DNA of 45,894 nucleotides, filler included, from Jimgerdemannia flammicorona (lineage: Eukaryota), in the NCBI GenBank assembly GCA_003990765.1. It is 2 parts of 2 records of this genome, joined end to end, with 100 filler letters (N's around TTAATTAATTAA, not from the genome) between each part and the next. Parts side by side here need not be neighbours in the genome. Positions count along the whole stretch, not along the records: positions 1 to 22,902 come from RBNJ01001188.1; 1 more part is not named here. The stretch is one strand, 5' to 3'. Below the pieces are notes generated by a model. It was given only the letters and a program-made list of their open reading frames with translations. It searched no databases and was not told the DNA's origin. The position numbers and the translations under genes are program-made. Below are positions 1 to 12,088 of this stretch, piece by piece. The number at the start of each line of letters is the position of its first letter. The stretch's first letter is position 1.

Positions 1-229
1 TTTTTTTTTTTTTTTTTGTATATATATATTTTTATATTACTATTATAATTATTGGTAGTTGTAATGATGACTATGGTTTAATGATGAATGTGTGAGTAAA
101 ACTATATAATAGTGAAGATAATTGAGCACAAGGGAAAGGGGACAAGATGTTGGGCATGATATATATATATGTAATTATCTAATCAAGTAATACACATCTT
201 TAATATACTATCTCTTTGAGATCTCTTCA

Positions 230-1100
230 ATATTGGATAACTTGATAACTCAGATAACACAGATTCTTCTGGATTGGGTTCTTCTGAGAAATAACTTGGA
301 TGGTACAGATTCGCAAACTTCTTGAATAACTCAGACAGTGGGAATTCTCTGCAAGTTATATTAAAGACTGGCTTCATTTATATGAAAAAGTTTACTACAA
401 AGTTACATAAGATAGACTGGCTTGTTGCAAGATTCCTTAAGATGAGCTCTCTGGTAATGGCATGTTCTTAACAAAGTTATGTCAAGACTGACTTTATTTA
501 TGCAGAGTTATATCAAAGACTAGCTTTACTGCAAAGTTGCATCAACAGACTGGCTTTGTGATAAGAGGGATTTTAGGTTTATCTAGCAAGTGAATCAAAA
601 ATATAGTTGACTTCTCTTGAAAACAGACTCTTAGTATCAAAAAGTAGACTAAAGTGGAAAGTAAGCTCTCAATCTCCTACTGGTTGCTTTAGAGTGGGCA
701 TTTCTCATAAGTATTGCAATTCTTCCTAGATCAATTGGCTTTTGGCAGATATATCTCTTGAAGTATAGTAGGCAGACTTATCTTTTACTTTGATTTTTGG
801 ACTCTTCTTTGTATTGGAAAGTGAACCAAAGTTGAAGTATATTCTAAATTTCAGACTGAGGTTTATTCACTCTTATCTCTTGGGTATTTTATATAGTTGT
901 AGTTGCTATCTGGTTACTATATTGCTAATTATAAAATACTAACTATAGTAAGTATTTCTGAATAGTATAGTGTACTGGACTGATATAGTATACTAAGCTA
1001 GTATAGTATATCAGGCTGGTATGGTATACTGGTACAGAATGGGTAAAAATACTGTTTCTGATATCTCAGGTTAATTATATAGGTTGGTGTAGTAAAGTTG
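230..1100 (-). mobile_element. Degenerate repeat family B, 3' segment (downstream of a Gypsy-type integrase); homologous to ~44200-44650
   Basis: Shared blocks by eye: aaagttatgtcaagactgactttattta (~473) vs aaagttatgtcaaagactgactttattta (~44288); gatatatctcttgaagtatagtaggcagacttatctttt (~748) vs ~44512. CpG almost absent, TpA-rich. Confidence 0.6.
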
Positions 1101-1849
1101 TCTTAGTTGCCTAGTACACTAGATATGGTATGTGATTAATTTATAATTTTAGTGATATGGTTATACTGCTCATCACAATACTAATATAGTGAGTCCCTTC
1201 TACCACTCTCTATCAGAATTCTATATATTATAAGTATCTACTATCTCACAATTTAACTATTAATATTAAATTACCAGAGAAAGAATTGTGTCTCTCAGAT
1301 CTTCTATATCAATAGTACTTATTCTCTACTCTATAACTTAATAGCTCTCCTTAACCACTAAGCTCTAAGATAATATCATCTCTTTGAAAAGTCTATCTGA
1401 TATAAACCTCTTCTGTCTACTAGATCTACAAGACCTCTCAACTAATCTGACTCTACCTTCTAGTCCAAATCTAGTCTATAGCCATCTTTAATAGTTTCTT
1501 TACTACTTATATCAGAAAGTTCAAGTAATATATCAGATACTACAACTTCAGCAACAAGTAGATATTTTGAATCAATAGTCATCTGAAAAGAGAAATATAG
1601 TACTCCACCTAACTTCAGAGGACTTTCTCTCATTTAACTACCTTTCTCTCTTACTAAGTTCTAAGTAAGACTGATCTATAAACTAACAGGAATATGTTCA
1701 GATATGATACCATTTCTCTAGTAGAGACAATAGTATTCACAATACCTCTATCTATAAAACTATTCTCTAGTATCATTATCTCACACTTATGTCAGTAAAG
1801 CTTAGCCCTAGAGTACTTCTTATTATTACTTCTAAATCAATTAAATCAA

Positions 1850-2003
1850 TTTAAATTAAATTCAAATTGAATTGAGATCTGATTAGATTTGAGTTGATTT
1901 AAATTAAAGGTCTAATTCAATTCAATTTAAATCAAATTGAGAGTCTAATTCTAATTAGTCAAATTGAATTGAATATCAATTTGAGATTCTCAGTAGCTTA
2001 CTA
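1850..2003. repeat. Decayed array of short AATT(G/C)A-type repeats, possibly the subterminal region of an old hAT-like transposon end
   Basis: aatcaattaaatcaatttaaattaaattcaaattgaattgag... resembles a CpG-decayed form of the GATTCGAATC repeats in the MITE at 6779. Ends in ...ttacta (cf. TIR ...gcacta). No partner end found. Confidence 0.3.
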
Positions 2004-2379
2004 AATTATAAGATAATCAGTTCTTTAATTAAATAGCATATTACTTAAAATTTATATATAAATATATTATTGAAATTTCTATATAACTGAAATTCACACC
2101 TAACTAATTCATATATAACTGATGTATATTTTCAAAATTCTCATATATATATAATCCCAATTTTAGTCCTGGTATCAATTATATCTATTTATAATAGTAG
2201 CTATCTTATGAGTATTATATATGATCTCTTTTTCAGCAAAATATCAGAAATCAATAAATTGAGTTATTGCTAGATTTTGAGATTAATATAATATATTTTC
2301 CTATATCTTCTGTAATTTTTGCAACTTATATAAGAATAACCTTTAGTTTTTAGAGTAGTAGCTTAAGTAATAGTGATAG

Positions 2380-2560
2380 TTTGGGCATAGTTGATAGCTT
2401 AGACTTGAGCAGTAGCTTAGACTTAGGTGGTGGCTTAGACTTAGGTAGTAGCTTAGACAGTAGCTTAGACTTGGGCAGTGACTTGGACTAGAGTGGTAGC
2501 TTAGGCTTAAGCAGTAGTTTGGGCTTGAGTAGTGGCTTAAGCTTAGGTGGTAGCTTTAGA
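2380..2560 (-). repeat. Degenerate 18-bp tandem repeat (gcttagacttrggyagta-like), probably a coding repeat in a dead element
   Basis: About 9-10 imperfect units. The minus strand reads as PPKSKP/LPKSKL-like hexapeptides. Confidence 0.65.
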
Positions 2561-2904
2561 GATCTCAGGAGTAGAGACTTTAGATATAGTTTGAGAGATA
2601 GCTTCAGGGGTAGTCTTTGAGATGAATTGCTTAATTACTTTTTTTATTTTCTTCTTTTTATATTTATTATCAGTCTTAGGTTCTTTATTATCTAACTAGA
2701 TAATAACCTTATTAAGAGTATTGTTTATATCTTCAAAAGTTCTAGAAAGATGATTAATATAAAATTGAAGGTTTTTATAAGATAAGGTCATTTTTTGTTT
2801 TTTGTTTTGTTTTTTATTATTAAAGCAGGTTTACACATATATATATTTTACCTATTTTTGTTACAATATCTGAAGCTCCCAGCTTATATTTATTACTTAT
2901 AAGC

Positions 2905-5394
2905 TTGTAGAGATCTATTTAAAGTCAGAGAGAGCTACTATCACTATAGTTCTTTTATATAATCTCTAAGCCAATCTCTTATTTGTTATTAATAAAGAAG
3001 AGTACCAAACTATAGTATATTTATATTGATAGCTTTACCTATTTGAAGATCAGACAAATCTAGAAAAACTTATATAATATCTATATAATATTGTTAAAAG
3101 TTCTTAATATACTATATTCTGATTATATCACAGTATTCTAAAAGAAGATAAAGATACTTATATTTCAGCATTCTCAGCCTAAAACTCTATACTTCTCTAA
3201 AATAAAAATATTATTGAGGTTATGAAGATATAGATTCTCTAATCTTTTCATACTTAAGTCTAGTAGTTGGCTAGTAATCTCACTATAAAGCAGCTCAAGA
3301 TATAAAACTTTTATAAGATATGAGTTATAAAACTCAGCCTCAGCCTCCTCTCTCTTAATTCTCTGATAGCTAATCCAACTTTAAAGATAAGTAGTACTAT
3401 TGCTATAATAGATAAGATAGTGATAGATATTAAGATAGAAGTCTCTAATTTGGATATCTCTCTAGCTATTGGTATTAACATCTAGCTCTCAATAAGATTC
3501 AAGTTCCTTAATATATATAAACTAACTCAAAATAAGTTCAATATACTTAATTAGTTAATTAATCCTATTCTTATTATTCTTTTTATTTGTAATATATAGT
3601 TTATTTTACTATATCTCTCTCTGCTCATTTACATGTCTTCTCTACTATTATTCTATAGAATTATAGATCATCAGAATAGTGATCTCATAGTTCTTATGTC
3701 AAATTATTTTACTGCTCTTATCTCCAGATCCTCTGTTGATCTCTTTTATATCCAGCTCATATTCTAGAGCCTGACTTTAGTCAGGATCTATATTGTCTTC
3801 TTTCTTCCTATTAGTGACTTCTGTGATCTTATATCTGACCCTTTCACAGATAAGGTTCTATTAATTATTTTCTTTTTAATAATATTATCTCTAATCCTCA
3901 GAATTAGGTAGATATCATGATTACCTTTATAATTATATAGTTATTGAACTATCTGATACTAGTGGTGAGATTTATATACATTAACTACATATTCACTACT
4001 ATATCTCTTTCTATACCCCTCTCTTACTCTGTTCTCCATATTGCTACTAAAAAGATTATAACTTCTCTCTCAGACTTTTTTTTATAGATAATATTGCTCT
4101 CACTCCTTATACTATTACTAAGAGATAGAGAATAGTTAACTTCTATAAGGATTGGCTCAAGGTCAATAATATAGAACTTAATTTTAAGAAATATAGTTAT
4201 ATTGATTCTTTTGACTATAATATACAGATTGAGGGTAAGTTATACCTATTGTCTCTCTCTTAAGTAGATAGAACTCTTAACATTTACCAAACTTATAATC
4301 TCTTCTGATCACTATTGATCAGTTAGCTATCATTCATATATAATTCAGACCTCAGTTAGAATACATCCTCTCTCTTCTTTATGTATCTTATCTAGCTACT
4401 ATTAGAGAGCTTTAGATATTGAAGTACATATCTTAAAAAGATATTTAATGAGATTATTACTTAGGCTGTTAGATTTTCTGATAGCTTCTTATTTAATAGT
4501 TTGATTCTTAGCTTTTTTTTTTAATTTTTTCATCAATATTGGACCTCTGTTATATATTCTAAACTTATCTAGATTAGTTTGGAAAATCTGACAATAACTC
4601 ATTTAATCCTCTTAGTAAATAATTTATTATATATCTCTTAAGTTCTGTTGTTGATAAGTTCTATTACTAGACCTTCTGGCTTGACTTTCTTAACTAGGAC
4701 TGAGATCTCTATCAACTTCTTTGACCAACTTCACTCTTGTCTATATAATGATCAGTTCTACTGAGATGATCTTTATAGATATAGTCTTCTTAATAGTTCA
4801 TACTTAGTCTTTTAAGATAATTCTGATCATAAGTAACTCAACTGATTCACTGATAAGGAATTGGAGAAAAAACTTAATATTTACTCTCTTTATACTCTTT
4901 ATAAGATAGCCTATTAAATAATTAATTAATCATAATTTTTCTTTATTTTTATCTCTTCTCTTATATATTCTAGTTAGTTCTTCTTTATAGTTGAGAGGAA
5001 ATTGATTTATTCATTTCATATTAGTCATTTGGTATTCAGTTATCAATACTTATTTCTTATAGTTATTATTAGATATATATATATTTCATTTTATTTTCTT
5101 TATTTTTACTTTTTACAATTTATTTCTTTATAGTTATGACAAAATTATTTCTTTAGCTCATCTCTATGGTAGTTGTCTCCCTGGTCTTATTTGTTTCTTC
5201 TTAGCTAATTGCTTACTTTACTAGTCTTTTTCTACTTTTTATATTTTTTTCCTATTGTACTTTGACTACTTTTTTTAGTAGTCATATAAATCTCAAGACA
5301 TCTTTAACTATTTTTTTTATTATCTTTAGTAGCTTTGGCTTTTTTTGTACTGATATACTTTGCCTTTTCTATAATATATAATTATTACTTAAAG
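2905..5394 (+). mobile_element. LINE family 1, copy A: 5'-truncated, internally deleted, heavily C>T/G>A mutated, with 3' UTR
   Basis: gaagatcagacaaatctagaaaaacttatataatatctatataatattg (~3045) matches aagatcaggcagatctggaagaacttgtatgatgtccatgtgatattg (13103). 4055-4200 matches the RT FADD region (~15420-15570). 5130-5240 matches the 3' UTR at 16835-16950. Ends ttacttaaag vs ttacttgaag (17025). Confidence 0.8.
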
Positions 5395-6050
5395 TACAGG
5401 TCTACTTCAAGTCAGAGGGAGTTACTACTACTATAGCTTTCTTACTAATGATCTATATATAAGCCAACCTCTCATTGTTGCTAACTGAGAAGGATACTAG
5501 ACTATAGTACATTTATACTAATAAGTTAACCTATTTGAAGATTAAGTTGATCCAGAAGAACTTATATAATATCTATATAATATTATTTAAGATTCTCAAA
5601 ATAATATATATATATCTAGTATTGACTATCAAATTCCTTTTGAGTTCCAATTATATTATAGTGTTTTAAAAAAAATAATAGCACTTGAGTTCTCAGTACT
5701 CTTAGTCTGAAACCCAATACTCTCTTGAAATAATAATGCTATAGAGTTATGAAGATACAGATTTTCTAACTTTCTATACTTGAGTTTAGTAGTTAGCTGA
5801 TAATATTACTATATAGTAGCCTAAGGTACAGAACTTCTATAAGATTTGGACTACAGAACTTAGCCTCATCCTTCTCTTTCTCATATTCTCATCAGCTAGT
5901 CCTACTTCAAAGACAGATAGTACTATTGCAGGTGAGACAGTAATAAATCTTAAAGCAAAGTCTTTAATTCGAGAATCTCCCCAGCTATTAGAACAGATTT
6001 CTCAATATATATAAACTAACTCTGAATAAGTTTGATATACTCAGTCAATC
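5395..6050 (+). mobile_element. LINE family 1, copy B: ORF1 3' half and ORF2 start, heavily mutated
   Basis: Parallels 2905-3560 and ~12960-13650 (e.g. ctatttgaagattaagttgatccagaagaacttatataatatctatataatatt). Starts immediately after the 3' end of copy A. Confidence 0.75.
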
Positions 6051-6639
6051 TAGTAATAGCTTGAGATTTATCTAATTTGATAGATCTCACTAAGTATGTT
6101 TAGGGTATTCTATTGAGTATTTAAAAAATTGAGAAGTACTAGACTATAAATATTTATAAGAGATAAAGATGCTATAGCCTAGTTAATAATAGTATTACAA
6201 ATGTTAGTACAGAAGAAGTTGTAGATTTTAGTAGTAATATCTGGATATATATGTTCGAGAGTTGTGGTTATTGTTGATTTGTTATAATTCTCTATTTTGA
6301 TATACTGTATATATAGTCTATATCCTTCTGATCTTAATTGATAAGATTCTGTTTTCATATATCTTATATTTCATAACTTTAGCTTTATAATCTGTAACTT
6401 TAGTTTTGACTCAACTTTGTAATCTTATAAATAATTTCTGAATTTGTTCTGTAATTTCAGTAACTTAGAGATTGATACTTATAATATAGCTAATTATAAA
6501 ATATACAGTGAGGCTAATTTTGAAAAGTATTCTTTCAGAGAACAGATATTTCTTCAGAGTACAGATATTCTCTCAGATTACATATATACTTTAGATTTAT
6601 AAAATTTGTCCTAATCTAGTATATTAGCTATTTATATAG

Positions 6640-7990
6640 TAGGGGTATAAAGAGTAACTATAGAGTAACTAGGCTGGATATTTTATATATATATTATCTA
6701 GCTATACTCTAATATTTACTTATTATATCAGCTCTCACTAAACAATGGTCTATCCTCAGACTATTCTTTAGCCATCATTAGTGCTCCAAACGAGTCAATC
6801 TGGATGGGATTCGGAAGGATTCGAATCCCATCCAGATGGATTCGAATCAACCATTGTTTTGATTTCCAAATTAGACAATTATATGTTTACATCAATAACC
6901 CGATGAATAATCATCCAAATTTGATTATCTTGGTATCATTTGAAAGCCCATAATGAGGCCTTTCTAATGATACCAAGAACATTAAAATCAGATTATGTGT
7001 TGCCGAGATATTAAGGAACCCATTCCATTTGACAAAATTTCCAAAATCGGCAAATCGAAGAATTTCCAAAATCGGCAATTCATATGTTTTCCTTCATAAC
7101 TCAGCAATGCATGATCTGATTTCAATGTTCTTGGTATCATTGGATAGGCCTTATTAAGGGCTTTCAAATGACACTAAGATCATCAAATTTGGATGTAAAT
7201 ATTTAATTGTCTAATTTGGAAATTAAAACAATGGTTGATTCGAATCCATCCATATGGGATTCGAATCCCATCCGAGTTGATCCAGATGGGATTCAATCTG
7301 AATCAATCCAAATCCAATCTGGATTAAATTGACTTGTTAGGAGCACTAGCCATCATTCTAATATTGTAGATATCTTCTATATCTATATCTATAATATTTC
7401 TTCTATATCTTGATTACTCTATTCTAAGAGTTCTTTTCCTTCTTCAGAGAATAGTACTTTAATACTGCTAATGATGAATTGATAACTGGCTACATTTATT
7501 TATTATATATTAGTTAAGTTCAATAGAGCCTGATTGAGAACTAAGAGATTTCTTTAATATATTATATATAATCTGTCTGCAGCAATATTATTCTTTCAAG
7601 TCAGACTAGTGGAACTTCTTATATTAGTATGGTCTAGTATTGAGAGATCCGAAATTATTATTTGATTCCTAATTAGACCACTAGTTAGTAAATTTGTAAC
7701 AGATATTGAGTGATGGTGAGATTATTCAGAAGTATTCAGACTTATTGAATACAGTTTTCTTGAGCTTCTTAAAACTTTAGTAGTGAGATTGGAAAGATCT
7801 AGAGTGAATTAAGAATAAGAGTCCGAAGGTACTGGTCAATTCTCTAGTTCATTATATTGAAGATATATCTTAAGATAATTGATATAGACTAGAGTTCTGA
7901 AAATTCATCCATCTATACTTCTTTTATAAATACTGATTATGTTGAAATATCTTAATTATAGCAACTCAATATAGAGTATTATAGCTTGAC
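6640..7990 (-). mobile_element. Degenerate family B segment including Gypsy-type integrase C-terminal remnant, interrupted by a MITE
   Basis: 6730-6778 plus 7357-7450 match 44948-45105. 7812-7920 matches 45449-45560. Minus strand reads SIDG*IFRTLVYINYLKIYL. Confidence 0.55.
6779..7348. mobile_element. 570-bp foldback MITE, hAT superfamily by TSD and TIR
   Basis: TIR TAGTGCTCC...GGAGCACTA. Perfect 8-bp TSD GCCATCAT (6771-6778 and 7349-7356). Long inverted arms with GATTCGAATC subterminal repeats. An empty-site homologue is present at ~44975-45000. Confidence 0.9.
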
Positions 7991-8007
7991 TATATCATTA
8001 CTATAAA

Positions 8008-8440
8008 TGTCACAAGAGAGGGCCCCAGTTAGTGTCCAGTAGGTGAGATTAAAGGAGACTGCTAGGGTTTACTGGAGTCAAGCTAGTAAGATGCCAGGAA
8101 GGCAGAGGAGGAGGTGGGTAACCTGGGCTTCTGCTAGATTGGCTGGACTTTTAGAGGATTGGTCTGGCATCTTAGCCCTGGAGAGAGTGGAGGACTGGAG
8201 GGTGATGCAGGAAGAGAAGATGAGAGTGCAGGGTCTGGCTGCACAATTATACTGACAGAGACTGAGAGAGGGGAAGAGGCCCTCTAAGTATCTTTTAAGA
8301 ATCCTTCAGACAAGTAAAATAAGGTAGATATGAGAAGGGGTTCTTGATAGTGATGGTCTGTTAGTGTATGGTTCATAATATATTCTGGACTTATTGAAGG
8401 AGAGGTGAAGTTGTTTGTGGACTGAGGAGAAGGGTGGGGC
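8008..8440 (+). pseudogene. Fragment of L1/Tx1-like LINE ORF2 (endonuclease-RT linker), family 2
   Basis: Reads ...VQGLAAQLY*QRLREGKRPSKYLLRILQ...GVLDSDG..., similar to the GE(K/R)PxxY linker motif and paralogous to ~11690-11860. Confidence 0.5.
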
Positions 8441-8796
8441 TGACAGTATCTTTCTCAGTTACCACTCACATTATACACACTTTTACAACACACTTTTAAG
8501 TATTTATTGGAGAAAGGTACTAAGGCAATGGTAACTAATAAGCAAGCCAACATTCATACTAGGTTGGGTAGATCTAGAGCCTTTGACTGGTAATATGTTA
8601 AATATGGGTAGAGATTAGGGATAGAGTCATTCAGTGGTCCAAGTGGACAGGGCAGTTCAGACAGTAGTAGCAGTGCTGGGAGAGGAGCAGGAGGGTGGAA
8701 GGAGAGGAGCTTTGCAGATACATTAAAGAATAGTGGATGGTCTGTTGGATCTTATAGCAGACAGATGGAGGGAAGGATAAGCAGAGGGAAGGAGAA

Positions 8797-9467
8797 GTGG
8801 GAGGTGCTGTACCTCAGCTGGTGGAGAAAAGGGCTAGTGGAGCAGCAGCTGGGAGTAGAGGAGAGACTGCTGATGGTGGTGTGACTGGGAATCTGAAAAA
8901 AAATCCAGATGTAACTACCATTGAGTGGGCTGAGCAGATGGGCCCAAAGAGGAAGGGGGATCTAGCAGATGGTGTGATGGGGCTAGCAGTAGCACCATTA
9001 CTCAAGAAGTTGATATTGGAGTTTGCAGTAACCTTGTGCTTCTGGGGCTTGACCATGACAATAAGGATGGTTCTGGGGATTATCTCAGAGCTAGTGGCTG
9101 GGGCTGCATCAGTGAAGTTTTTGAAAAGACTGGAAGGGGTTGAGGTAGGTGTTGAGAAGGCAGGCTCACTGAAGGAAGCTTTGAAGATTGGAGTAGCAGT
9201 AGGAGAGAGGTGGTTCCTATGGTACAGTATATGAGGTGAGACCCTAGAGTGGTTCGGTTGCTGGTAAAGAGAGTACCTCCAGTGATGAAAGTTGAGACTA
9301 GGAGGTGGGTGGAGGAGATGATGACAGAGTATGGTGATGTAGTTGATATTGAGTTCCAGATGTGGGAGAAGACCACTTTCAGGATAGAAGATGTTGATGT
9401 CAGGATTAGACTAGTAGGAAGAGAGGCCACTGGGAGGACAAGTAACTGGCCTTTGGTTATATCATGA
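8797..9467 (+). pseudogene. L1/Tx1-like ORF1 remnant (RRM-like halves), frameshifted
   Basis: VRLLVKRVPP...EEMMTEYGDVVDIEFQ...DVDVRIRL resembles the YG.V RRM pattern of L1/Tx1 ORF1. Lies upstream of the ORF2 remnant on the same strand. Confidence 0.4.
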
Positions 9468-10606
9468 GGGGTCTTCATCTATAAGGTGTCTAGGGTAAAG
9501 GAGAGTGAGGAGGAGGAGGAGGACCTGCTGGAGGCCTTAGAGAAGATGAGTGGGGCAGTTGAGCAGAGGGTAAAGGCCTGGAAGATGTATGAAGAGACTA
9601 CACATTTGGAGATTATAGATAGAAAGCATATTCATATAGACAAGAGGCAGTGGGAGAGGGCTCAAGAGTGCAAGAGACAGAGGGAGTTATTGACAAGCAT
9701 AGTCAGAGAGATAAAGAAGGAGGCTGGTGGAGCTGAAGTATCTAGAGGGACTGAGGCGAGTGTCTGGAGGGACTGAGGCAAGTGTCTGGGCTAGTAAGAG
9801 AGGAGGGAATAGAGAGGAGTGCTTGGATGGGGCCAGGAAGATGCCATGCAATGACCCATATGCTGATGGTACATTCAAGATCTGGGAAGAGAAATTGGAT
9901 AGCACTCCTCCTCCTCTTATCAGGAGGGGTCTAGCTCAGAGGAGTAAGGTGGTGGAGGATATGCTAATACATAGTGCCCAGCAGGTTTACTTTGGAGTTC
10001 CTGACATAGCAAAAGGGGAACAGGTGGTGGCAGTTGGCAAGGATGAGCTGGTGGATATTTTGGAAGAGGGGTGGGATGAGACAGTGAGTGTAGAGGCTGA
10101 TACCACAATACTGGATGCTGGGAGGCTGGTGATGTCAAGAGGGAAGGAGGTGGAGAACCTACTGTGGATGTATCAGATGATGAACAACTTCATGGCTGAA
10201 TAGTTGGGAGAAGTGGATCTGAGAGTGATGAGTGAGGAGCATTGGGCACAGATTCTGCATGAAGATGGAGTGGTGGAGATACTGAAGGTAGAGGTACTTG
10301 CGATTCTTCTGGAGGAGGAGAGGTATGAGGTTGATAAGGAGATGGAGGTCAAGCTGGCTGTTGTTGCTGGTGAGAGGGCTGCTTTCTTTTGGGTAGAGTG
10401 TCATGGGCTGAAACTCTGACAAGAGGCCTGCCTGGAGTATTATGAGGAATTTGAAGAAAAGGAGAATAGGGAGATGACCAAACTGCTGGTTAGATTGGAG
10501 GCAAGAGAGGCTGAGGAGGAGGAATTGGCTGCTGAACATAACTTGGATGTGGCTCAAAAGGGAAGAAATATAGACTTATAGAGGATGAGTAGGACACTAC
10601 TTCTCA

Positions 10607-12062
10607 ATGAATAGTATAACTAACATTTTTTCTCTGAATGTGGTTATGGGGATCTGGGTAGTGGAAGAACATTTTTACTTGGCTTAAGAGATTGGAGGCT
10701 GATCTCTTTCTACTGCAGGATATATGCTATGAGGATGAGGTGGATCAAGTAGAGTGGGCTAGAGAATGGGGGGGAGCTACATATTGGATTAGCAAAGTAG
10801 TAATATTGTTGTGGAGGGGTAAAGGAGATCTTAGTGGAATCAGAAGCTGGATTGACCATTTATTATAGAGGGAATGATGTAGACCTGGGTGGGAGCCAGT
10901 GAGAGTTGGCTCTTACTACTGACCTACAGCTAGGGGTGAGCAGATTGCATGGATTCAGAGTCTTTTAGAGAAGGGCACATTCTTGGAGGATGGGGTAGAT
11001 GTTCTAGAAGATGACTTCAATATGGTGTAGAATCTTCAGTTAGATAGAACTGATGGAGAAAGAAGTGCTAGAAGAAGGAGTGGAGGCCTGAATGCATGGG
11101 AGGAGGTGGAGAACCTTAGCTCCTTAGGAGATATGGACAGAATGCATTGTGGAGAAAAGAGGGTTTACATGCATTAGATGAATTATCTAGGGACAAGGAT
11201 TGACTGGATACTGACAGCCAAATGCTGGGGCCTGATGTTTGGAGGACTCTAGAGGTAGAGTAGTGCCCATAGTCAGACCATTGGGGACTATTAGGTTAGG
11301 GGCAGTTTGGGGGGAGTAGAGATGGATCTGGACATTGGTGTCTTAACTCCTCTCTGCTGGCTGAGAAGATATTGTGAAACCCTTAGGCAGAGGATATTCA
11401 GGAGAAGATTATAGGCTTGATACATGAGAGCTTGCAAGTAAATATCCAGTGGATGAAGTTGAAAGAGGCTGTGAGGGTTTACTAGAGAGAAGTTGATAAG
11501 AATGCTGGGAGGTGAAGGAGGACAGGGGTGAGATGTGCTTTGAATAAGTTTGTTAGACTGCAGATGGAATGGGCTGATTTGCTAAATTTGAGTGAGGCAG
11601 ATGATTGGTGGTTAGCATGACTAGAGGTAATGGAAGTACAACAGGTGTTGAGAGAGGAGAAGAAGATGTGTATGAAAGGAATGATAGCTAGGTTGAGATG
11701 GCAGGAGCTTGAGAAGGGAGAGAGGCCATTGAGGTACTTGCCAAGACTCCTTCAGACAAGAAGGGTGTACCACCAGTGAGATGGAGTCCTTGATGCTGAA
11801 GGGGAAATGATACATAGTATGCAACAGATGTTGGGGTTGCTGAAGGAGCAATGGCAGGGTCTGTGGAGTAAGGAGGAAGGGGGTACCAATGTAGAGACAA
11901 TGGAAGATACTCTGGAGAACTAGGAGCCACTGCTAGTAGAGGGTCTGGGGGATTTGATCCTTCTAGTCTAAGAGGAGGAGGTTTAGAGAGTCATTGCAAC
12001 AACTAAGCTTAGTATGGCATCAGGAGAGGATGGTCTATCTTGGGACTTTTGGAAGAAGATAG
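10607..12062 (+). pseudogene. L1/Tx1-like LINE ORF2 remnant (APE endonuclease, linker, start of RT), truncated where LINE family 1 copy C begins
   Basis: Motifs in order: ADLFLLQD (LQET-like), WAREWGG.YW, DDFN at ~11010 (GDFN), LDR, TRID, SDH at 11273-11281, GERPLRYL, SGEDGLSWDFWKK (PGPDG-like RT start). Many stops and frameshifts. Confidence 0.75.
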
Positions 12063-12088
12063 GGTATACACCTTCGCCTATTCCAGCA

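Noticed and set aside
8008..11980. Minus-strand element or viral insertion
   Set aside because: Plus-strand frames yield ordered APE and RT motifs; the minus ORFs are Leu/His/Ser-rich antisense readings.
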